Virus record (IMG/VR): IMGVR_UViG_3300018080_000034
DNA length: 50,237 nt
Reading direction: 5' to 3' (one strand)
Origin: a virus
Shown here: positions 41,688-47,901 of the stretch, piece after piece
Layout of the letters: each line of letters starts with the position of its first letter
Position numbering within the stretch: the stretch's first letter is position 1
Translations under genes and position numbers: made by a program
The notes under the pieces: model-generated
Database searches by the model: none
The model's input: only the letters and a program-made list of their open reading frames with translations
What the model was told of the DNA's origin: nothing

Positions 41688-41858
41688 TCAAAGGTACACG
41701 ATACGGGCAGTCTGACCGCTTGCGGTAATCATGGCCGGTCGATGACCGGCTTTCGTAAGCGCGTTCCACAATTCGCCGATGGTTGCTGGGCGGGGAAGGC
41801 GGTAGGCGCCTTCTTGGTGCTCGCGGTTCTCGATCACTATCCGGGTTACGTGGTTCAT
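41688..41858 (-). CDS. Early ORF, unknown function (56 aa)
   Basis: ATG 41858 preceded by cctaggaggaacaATG (strong RBS). The ORF-track start at 41900 overlaps the upstream gene. Confidence 0.55.
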   Translation of the reverse strand: MNHVTRIVIENREHQEGAYRLPRPATIGELWNALTKAGHRPAMITASGQTARIVYL

Positions 41859-41893
41859 TGTTCCTCCTAGGTCAGGGTTGCGGGTTGCCTGTG

Positions 41894-42085
41894 TTAGCAT
41901 CTGACAGGTGCCCGGAAGTAAACTTGCGTACCGGACACCCCGATATACTCTGCGCCACGTTGCGCAATTTCGCGCCGCGCTTCGTCAAGTGTTGTGTATC
42001 GGCCGCAATGTGTGCCGATACTCGCGACATTGATGAGTACATAGGGATTGGCGCGCTGCCATTCTGTTGTATCTTGCGTGTTCAC
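41894..42085 (-). CDS. First early ORF (63 aa)
   Basis: GTG 42085 preceded by aaaggggacaataGTG. The ORF-track TTG at 42127 would read through the conserved box. Confidence 0.5.
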   Translation of the reverse strand: MNTQDTTEWQRANPYVLINVASIGTHCGRYTTLDEARREIAQRGAEYIGVSGTQVYFRAPVRC

Positions 42086-42141
42086 TATTGTCCCCTTTGT
42101 GTTGCGGGTTGCTAGGTCACTTATCAAGGTGTAGGAACGTG

Positions 42142-42170
42142 ATTCTATCTAAGTATGCACTATGATTCAA
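42142..42170 (-). promoter_or_regulatory. Sigma70-like early (leftward) promoter
   Basis: Minus strand: TTGAAT (42170-42165), a 17-nt spacer, then TAGAAT (42147-42142). It lies in an AT-rich patch about 55 nt upstream of the first early ORF. Confidence 0.6.
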
Positions 42171-42200
42171 TGATAGTCAAGTATGATCCGATAATTTTTT

Positions 42201-42228
42201 TTGTAGTCCGATGATACAGTAGTATAAT
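42201..42228 (+). promoter_or_regulatory. Sigma70-like rightward promoter, divergent from the early promoter
   Basis: TTGTAG (42201-42206), a 16-nt spacer, then TATAAT (42223-42228). Preceded by an A/T run (ataatttttttt). No convincing ORF follows it. Confidence 0.5.
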
Positions 42229-42340
42229 GTCAGGACAGTCACAGGGTATGGTTAGGTTGACGGCAGGGGCGCAGATGAGGTGTGGATGGGGCGTGGGAGC
42301 TAGTTCAGGTCGGCATCAGCATGGCTGCGCGACTGTCTCT

Positions 42341-42406
42341 TGCTGACCACAGCCCCCCCCCTTGTACAACCCCACGGTTGTACAAGGAGGGGGGCTGTGG
42401 TCAGCA
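42341..42406. repeat. Long inverted repeat (31-bp arms, 1 mismatch, 4-nt loop)
   Basis: tgctgaccacagcccccccccttgtacaacc | ccac | ggttgtacaaggaggggggctgtggtcagca. Counted base by base; no T tract follows. Confidence 0.9.
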
Positions 42407-42582
42407 AGCGTAAGCGCAATAAGGACTTACGTGGGCATCGGTATGCTTATGCTAAATAAGATGGGGTACATCAGGGACAAGCCCGGATAGTCCGTTCGGG
42501 GGGCCCCAGCCGTCAAAATCGTTACCATCCCCCCGGGTTGCTTGCTCGGCCCGGTAATACTTACCCCTACCCTCTCCACATA

Positions 42583-42633
42583 CCCACTGTGCAAAGAGCA
42601 GCGTGCCCACTGTGCAAAGAGCAGCGTGCCCAC
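42583..42633. repeat. 2.2 x 23-bp tandem repeat (cccactgtgcaaagagcagcgtg) with internal dyad symmetry
   Basis: Units at 42583-42605 and 42606-42628, plus a partial cccac. Each unit reads CAC-nn-TGC-n5-GCA-nn-GTG. Confidence 0.9.
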
Positions 42634-43028
42634 CGACCAAGAGCGAGTATCGGCTTTCCCAGTTACATACCCCTCAGGGACCTCAGAGGCCTCGCACACG
42701 GCCTTTAGCGCCCAGGGGCCCAATCACACCAGGGGCCCCACAGGAGGCCACAGGGCGCAAAGTTAGGGGCCTCTGAGAGGGCCGGCCACTGGCTAGCCGA
42801 CCAGTCAGCGGGCCACAGCAGCCAGGCCGAGCGCAATCAGGAGGATGGCCCAGATGGCGCACGACGAAATCAGATTGTCGAGCAAAGGGCGATCCACTAG
42901 ATCGGCCCCCCATCGCAGGGGCGTCAACTGTCACTAAGTGTCCGATGGACACCGGATTCTGCAAAACGAGATCAGGGGGCCTTATACCCCCCGTTGCTCT
43001 AAATATAAGGGAAATAAGAAGTTAATTA

Positions 43029-43078
43029 CTCTCTCTATATATCTCTCTCTATCTCTCTCTATCCCTCCCTTTACTCCG
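43029..43078. repeat. Polypyrimidine (CT-rich) tract with a 19-nt perfect mirror repeat
   Basis: ctctctctatatatctctctctatctctctctatccctccctttactcc. tctctctct-a-tctctctct (43042-43060) is mirror-symmetric about A43051. Confidence 0.9.
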
Positions 43079-43081
43079 TCC

Positions 43082-43312
43082 GTCAAGGTGTCAAGTCCCC
43101 CTATTTCTTAGATCGTAAATAGGGGAACTTCCACCCTTCCGTTTTCTTTCTTCTAAAGCGCTGACATGACACCGCGCGTCAAACCGTAAAGTGATACATT
43201 GAAAGTCCTTGCCGTTCATGGACTTAGGACGATAAAAATGCCATTTGACACCGCCTTGACACCAGCCTAACCGTCACGATCTGTCAAAGTCTCAGAGAGA
43301 GATTTTGACAGC
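43082..43312. promoter_or_regulatory. Cluster of seven TTGAC-type boxes (core TTGACACC, with variants), in both orientations
   Basis: Forward copies: 43167-43173 (tgacacc), 43245-43252, 43256-43263 (two exact ttgacacc, 11 bp apart) and 43305-43312 (ttgacagc). Inverted copies: 43082-43087, 43087-43094 (ggtgtcaa) and 43281-43287. Confidence 0.6.
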
Positions 43313-43578
43313 CCCACCTGCGACATCGTTATGCCCCCTGTGCGCAGGGTGGGGGGGGTATATTCACACTAATCTGCCTCCGTGACATCCACCACGAGTC
43401 TTTGGCCGGCAACCAAAGGCAACGCACGTAAGGAGCCCCATCGGCGCTGTGGGTCACTGTCCCTTTGTGTAATTGCACTGGTGTCGCGTTCCCTACAGAC
43501 TCGCCAATCATAATAGAGTCTGAAACGATGAATGTTCAGCTATCCTTAGCCACATAAGAACAGGAGATTGCAGCTTCC

Positions 43579-43962
43579 ATGATATGTATGATCGAAGGAT
43601 GCCAGGGCGAGGCAGTAGGTAGGGGGTTGTGTCCGACGTGCTATCAAGCAGCGCATCGGCGCGTCAAGAGAAAAGTAGTCACTTGGGATCAGCTAGTCAA
43701 GGCTGGACTAGCGAGGCAGGCAACGCATAGTGGCCGTGGGGCTCTCTCGCCGTTTGCCCTGGCGCTGGAGAAGAAGCTTGGCGCCAAGGCGCCAGGGTCG
43801 CCGCACGAGCAGCCGGTGGCCCGGCAAACGCCCGTGCCCGTCGAATCACTGTCTGCCGAGCCTCTGCCCCTAGTGCCCCCTGAGCCTCCGGCGCCCATCC
43901 CCTCCGAGGAGCCCTATCGACGATGGGCTCCGCCGAAGCCCGGTGACGAGGAGGCGTTTTGA
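43579..43962 (+). CDS. Small Zn-finger protein, first gene of the rightward late arm
   Basis: 127 aa. MICMIEGCQGEAVGRGLCPTCYQAAHRR (C-x18-C-x2-C; three Cys plus a nearby His) followed by a Pro-rich tail. RBS caggag 11 nt upstream. Confidence 0.55.
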   Translation: MICMIEGCQGEAVGRGLCPTCYQAAHRRVKRKVVTWDQLVKAGLARQATHSGRGALSPFALALEKKLGAKAPGSPHEQPVARQTPVPVESLSAEPLPLVPPEPPAPIPSEEPYRRWAPPKPGDEEAF

Positions 43963-44747
43963 GCGAAAGGAAACTAACAAATGAACAGCGGGATGAACTA
44001 CTCCAGCGGTATCACGCAGGCGATTCGCTGGAGGAGATCGCTGCCGATTATGGGATTACTGCGAAGTATGCCGGCAAGTATGCGCGGAGTTTCGGAGTAA
44101 AGCGTGCGAAGCCAATAAAACAAACCGGCAGCGGTATCAATGCGTTCGCAAAGCGGGCGCGCTCCATCCTGTGGCGCCAGGATCACTCCAGGGAAAAGCC
44201 GACCTACGATAAGTGGGAGGCGCGTGTCCGGGAACTCCAGGAGCAGTCGGAGTGCTCGAAATCCCAGGCTATCGTGCGCGCCTCCAAGGAGTTTCCGTGC
44301 CTGACCCGGCTTTTTAAGGAATACGACGTGCGTGACTTCGACCCTAATCCCGAGAGCCATCCAGAGATCAAGCATTACGGCGATAAGCCAACACTCCAAC
44401 AGGGCGTGTTCTGCGAAGGGATCGAGCAAAGCTACAAGGACTCGTTACGCTGGGCGATCCAGGCAGCCGGTGCCTATCTGCGTACCGGCAAGTCCCCTAA
44501 GACCTGCCCATGTGACGCGGCGTGGTATCTCTACCGCCAGGCCATCGAGGAGCCGCGGGATTTCATGGGGCGCATCAGCCAGATCGAAGCAAAGGGCGAT
44601 CCAGAAGAGGCAGACCGGCGGAGCATGCGCAAGAAAAGCGCGCGCTCCATTTCCGAAATCGACGCCTATTTAGATGAGATCGACAAGGAGACTGGCTATG
44701 GCAATCAGGCGGACGAACTTCTGGAACAAGAGACCAAAGAGCCGTAA
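43959..44747 (+). CDS. Putative small terminase subunit (N-terminal HTH)
   Basis: 262 aa. LTNEQRDELLQRYHAGDSLEEIAADYGITAKYAGKYAR is an HTH typical of TerS N-termini. It lies upstream of the large terminase. Non-ATG start (TTG). Confidence 0.5.
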   Translation: MSERKLTNEQRDELLQRYHAGDSLEEIAADYGITAKYAGKYARSFGVKRAKPIKQTGSGINAFAKRARSILWRQDHSREKPTYDKWEARVRELQEQSECSKSQAIVRASKEFPCLTRLFKEYDVRDFDPNPESHPEIKHYGDKPTLQQGVFCEGIEQSYKDSLRWAIQAAGAYLRTGKSPKTCPCDAAWYLYRQAIEEPRDFMGRISQIEAKGDPEEADRRSMRKKSARSISEIDAYLDEIDKETGYGNQADELLEQETKEP

Positions 44748-44970
44748 GGAGACAGGCAAGAAACCCAGGCTCGTTTCCGTATGCGACTATTGCGGCAAGA
44801 AGCTCGTAGTGTCGCACGAACGCACTTACATATCTGCGATTGCTTCAATGATCGATGACAACCCGGCGCGAAAGATCAACAGCGAGTGGCGGTTTTTCTG
44901 TAGCAAGAAATGCCTAGAGAGGTATGCGCATGGTGAAGTGGCTCCTGCGAAAGATCAGCGCGATACTTGA
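44698..44970 (+). CDS. Small basic Zn-ribbon protein
   Basis: 90 aa from the ATG at 44698 (MAIRRTNFW...). CDYCGKKL...FFCSKKC. It overlaps the 3' end of the terS candidate by 50 nt. Confidence 0.45.
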   Translation: MAIRRTNFWNKRPKSRKETGKKPRLVSVCDYCGKKLVVSHERTYISAIASMIDDNPARKINSEWRFFCSKKCLERYAHGEVAPAKDQRDT

Positions 44971-45049
44971 AGTATTCGAGGGCTTCGTGTTTGTTGTGTT
45001 CTTCCTGGCAATCCTGTGGGCCGTGCTCAACGGTCTGGTTCATTTCTGA
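44930..45049 (+). CDS. Possible 39-aa single-TM peptide (not in the ORF track)
   Basis: ATG 44930 with gagagg 8 nt upstream. MVKWLLRKISAILEVFEGFVFVVFFLAILWAVLNGLVHF. It overlaps the end of the previous ORF in another frame. Confidence 0.3.
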   Translation: MVKWLLRKISAILEVFEGFVFVVFFLAILWAVLNGLVHF

Positions 45050-45072
45050 TTCAACACCCGAGGAAAATTGGA

Positions 45073-46080
45073 ATGAAAGTCAAGCAACGAATCCTACGGC
45101 TGGAACGAAGGCTCAACGTGTACCGCAAGGATGCGCGCGAAGATTCCTGCGCGGTCTTTTGGTCGCTCCGGGTACTGATTGGTATTACGCTCGTCATTGC
45201 GATTCTGTTTGGTGGTATTGCTTCTGGTGCTGAGATTGATCCGTGGGAGTTACAACAAAACACCGTAGTTCTTACTGACGGCAGCGGCCACGGGTCCGGT
45301 GTTCTTTGGACACGAGAAGACGACGGTAAGCGAACCACGTTCATCTGGACGGCCGCTCATGTCGCTGACATGTGGATGCGCCCCGATGGCTCGTTCCGTG
45401 AAGTCGATGTCTTGCAAGGCGGGAAGCACGCACGGGCCAGGGTTCTTCGCTGTGGCGATTATGAAGTGGACACGGATTGCGCCGTCTTGGAAATCATCGC
45501 AGGGAACATGGAGGGAACGGCGCACTTTTATCGTGCGTTCAAGCATGTAAAGCCAGGTCAGCGCATTGTACATTGCGGAACCCCGCTGAACATTGGATGG
45601 AATGAGCGCCTCGTGTCCTACGGCCGCTTCTCGTACATCGACCGACTGTGCGAAGGTCGCCCTCTAACGAAACCGCGAAAGCTCGATCAGGTTGACTTGA
45701 CGGCATACCCTGGATGCTCCGGCGGCCCTGTGGTCGATCTTGAGGACGGCGGGATCGTGGGTCTGGTGATTCTCGGCTCGCGGCCCGGTATCCATTGCAT
45801 CGAGCCGACGCGGTATATCTACGAATGGTGCAAGACTCACGATTGCCTCTGGGCCTTCGATCCTGAGGTATCTATACCACGGGATCGTTTTGCGTGGCCC
45901 GGTGACGTGATGCGCCGCCCGGATGCGTGGCAGTACCGCGATGCCGACCAGCGATGGGGCGACCCGGCTCCTGAACCTGAACCGGAACCTGCGCCCGAAC
46001 CAAAACCAAGGTTGGTGCCGCCTACCGACGCTGCTACCGAGCCCGAGTTGCCATGCGTGGTGAGAGGTCAGGCCGCGTGA
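45073..46080 (+). CDS. Membrane-anchored trypsin/chymotrypsin-like (S1) serine protease
   Basis: ATG 45073 with a GAGGA RBS. TM segment VFWSLRVLIGITLVIAILFGGIA. Catalytic triad context WTAAHVA (His), DCAVLEI (Asp) and PGCSGGPVV (Ser). Pro/Glu-rich tail. Confidence 0.7.
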   Translation: MKVKQRILRLERRLNVYRKDAREDSCAVFWSLRVLIGITLVIAILFGGIASGAEIDPWELQQNTVVLTDGSGHGSGVLWTREDDGKRTTFIWTAAHVADMWMRPDGSFREVDVLQGGKHARARVLRCGDYEVDTDCAVLEIIAGNMEGTAHFYRAFKHVKPGQRIVHCGTPLNIGWNERLVSYGRFSYIDRLCEGRPLTKPRKLDQVDLTAYPGCSGGPVVDLEDGGIVGLVILGSRPGIHCIEPTRYIYEWCKTHDCLWAFDPEVSIPRDRFAWPGDVMRRPDAWQYRDADQRWGDPAPEPEPEPAPEPKPRLVPPTDAATEPELPCVVRGQAA

Positions 46081-47876
46081 AGGTCTCTGCGCGATTCAAT
46101 GAGCGTATCCCCAAAGACCTGCGAGCCAATCTGGCGTGGCGTCGCAAGGTCCATGAGCGCGTGGCCGAAGACCCGGATTACGCTCAAGTCATGGTGGACG
46201 CTTGCGCGCAAGACCCACTCTTCTTCTTGAACGGCTTTGGCTACACCTACGACCCGCGGCGAAAGCCATTCTCGAAATTACCGTTCATCCTCTACCCGTT
46301 TCAGGAAGAGGCGCTCCTTGAAATCATATCCGCTATCGGGGACCACGATTTATACATAGAGAAGAGCCGCGACACTGGCGCATCCTGGCTGAATATCTCG
46401 GCAATGACATGGGCCTGGCAATTCAAGCGAGGCATGTCATTCCTTTGGGGTTCTCGTGTAGAGGACTACGTTGACAAGCCAGGGAACTCTAAGGCGCTAT
46501 TCTGGAAGTTCGATTTCCTCTTCAATAATCTGCCGACGTGGTTAAGGCCCGTCGGGTGGCAGCCGTCCAAGCACCGCCTGCGGATGCACGTCGAGAATCC
46601 CGAGACGGGTTCTCTGATCGACGGCGAGAGCACGACGGAAAACTTCGCTCGCGGCGACCGTCGTACCGCGATCTTGCTCGACGAGTTTGCGGCTGTCGAG
46701 ATCGGCCACTGCATCCTCTCGGCCACTCGTGACGTAACTGATTGCCGGTTGTTCAACTCCACGCCGCGCGGGACGAACAACGCTTTCTACGATATACGGC
46801 AAACCCGGATCAAGAAGCTCCGCCTTCACTGGTCGGACCATCCGATTAAGGCCAGTGGTCTTTATACTACAGGTGAAGACGGCACTCTCAAGGTGCTCGA
46901 TAAGTACGGCTACCCAGATGGTTACGAGCCTATCTTAGACGGCAAGCTCCGGTCTCCTTGGTACGACCTGCAATGCGAGCGCGCAGCCGGATTACAGGAG
47001 ATAGCGCAAGAACTTGATATTGATTACCTGGGGTCAGGCTACCAATATTTCAAGCCTGATGCTGTTCAGGAGGCCATTCGCAAGTACGCCCGTCCACCTG
47101 TGCTCGTGGGCGATCTCGATTACGACTCAAAGACAGGCGAGCCGACGACCTTCCGCGAGAATCCGAATGGTAAGCTGCGGCTCTGGTTCTTCTTGGACAA
47201 GGACGGCAAGCCGCCGCTTGGGCATAAGTATTCCCTGGGCAACGATGTATCCGCCGGCACCGGCGCCTCGAACTCCTGTAGCGCTGGGTGGGACAACACG
47301 ACGCACGAGAAGGTTCTGGAATACGTCGATCCATACATTCGCCCCGAGGAGTACGCCCGGCAGGCTGTCGCGCTCGGGCGATGGCTTGGCGGTGCGTTCA
47401 TGCTGTGGGAATCCGGTGGACCGGGGCGGCAGTTCGGTTCCAGGGTTACGGAACTTGGCTACACGAATATCTACTATCGTCGTCTGACGGAAAAGATTTC
47501 CAAGAAAGTAACAGACATCCCAGGTTACGCTACAACCCGTGAATCGAAGCTCGCGCTGGTCGGGGCCTACCGCGCCCAGATCGAAAATGGCGTGGCCGTG
47601 AATCGTTCGCGGGAGGCATTGGAGGAGTGCTTGGAATACATTTTCCTGCCGGATGGCAGCGTAGCGCACAGTCGCTCGACAAGCAAGACCGATCCTTCGG
47701 GTGCGCGATCCAATCACGGCGATAGAGTGATAGCAGACGCATTGGCCTGCCTGGGGATTGCGGAGCGGGCGCGGCGCCCGGTGCGCGACAGGCCAGAGGT
47801 TCCATACGGCTCGCTGGCATGGCGTAACCAGGCGCGGGATGCGGCGAAGCGAGACAGTGAACGTGACGGTTGGTAA
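46053..47876 (+). CDS. terL: Large terminase subunit
   Basis: EKSRDTGASW (Walker A-like K[SA]R..G.[ST]), AILLDEFAAV (Walker B) and the C-terminal nuclease-type GDRVIADALA. An alternative GTG start at 46077 overlaps the protease stop (GTGA). Confidence 0.8.
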   Translation: MRGERSGRVKVSARFNERIPKDLRANLAWRRKVHERVAEDPDYAQVMVDACAQDPLFFLNGFGYTYDPRRKPFSKLPFILYPFQEEALLEIISAIGDHDLYIEKSRDTGASWLNISAMTWAWQFKRGMSFLWGSRVEDYVDKPGNSKALFWKFDFLFNNLPTWLRPVGWQPSKHRLRMHVENPETGSLIDGESTTENFARGDRRTAILLDEFAAVEIGHCILSATRDVTDCRLFNSTPRGTNNAFYDIRQTRIKKLRLHWSDHPIKASGLYTTGEDGTLKVLDKYGYPDGYEPILDGKLRSPWYDLQCERAAGLQEIAQELDIDYLGSGYQYFKPDAVQEAIRKYARPPVLVGDLDYDSKTGEPTTFRENPNGKLRLWFFLDKDGKPPLGHKYSLGNDVSAGTGASNSCSAGWDNTTHEKVLEYVDPYIRPEEYARQAVALGRWLGGAFMLWESGGPGRQFGSRVTELGYTNIYYRRLTEKISKKVTDIPGYATTRESKLALVGAYRAQIENGVAVNRSREALEECLEYIFLPDGSVAHSRSTSKTDPSGARSNHGDRVIADALACLGIAERARRPVRDRPEVPYGSLAWRNQARDAAKRDSERDGW

Positions 47877-47901
47877 ACACTAATACACCAGGAGTGGCAA
47901 C

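Noticed and set aside
37140-42127. The early small-ORF array with imperfect hairpins as an integron-like cassette array (attC sites).
   Set aside because: The hairpin ends do not match the attC R'/R'' cores (GTTRRRY / RYYYAAC). No IntI-type integrase or attI is adjacent, and the only integrase is ~16-21 kb from the array. The resemblance is architectural only.
42248-42346. 32-codon plus-strand ORF (MVRLTAGAQMRCGWGVGASSGRHQHGCATVSC) downstream of the rightward promoter.
   Set aside because: No spaced RBS, Gly/Arg-rich composition, and it ends inside the long hairpin. A non-coding transcript is more likely.
42583-42633. The tandem 23-bp repeats as a CRISPR array.
   Set aside because: The units are directly adjacent with no spacers, there are only 2.2 copies, and there are no cas genes.
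42805-42927. Minus-strand mini-ORF (TTG 42927 or GTG 42897 to TGA 42805) encoding a TM-like stretch, ...DNLISSCAIWAILLIALGLAAVAR.
   Set aside because: It has only non-ATG starts, no clear Shine-Dalgarno sequence and no promoter context. A hydrophobic stretch can arise by chance in GC-rich DNA. Kept as a low-priority possibility only.
42427-42964. Track ORFs 42427..42723(-), 42452..42640(-), 42542..42766(+) and 42683..42964(-) in the control region, possibly a frameshifted repressor pseudogene.
   Set aside because: The translations are Arg/Gly/Pro-rich with no HTH or other motif and no RBS. One of them is generated by the 23-bp tandem repeat. Treated as non-coding.
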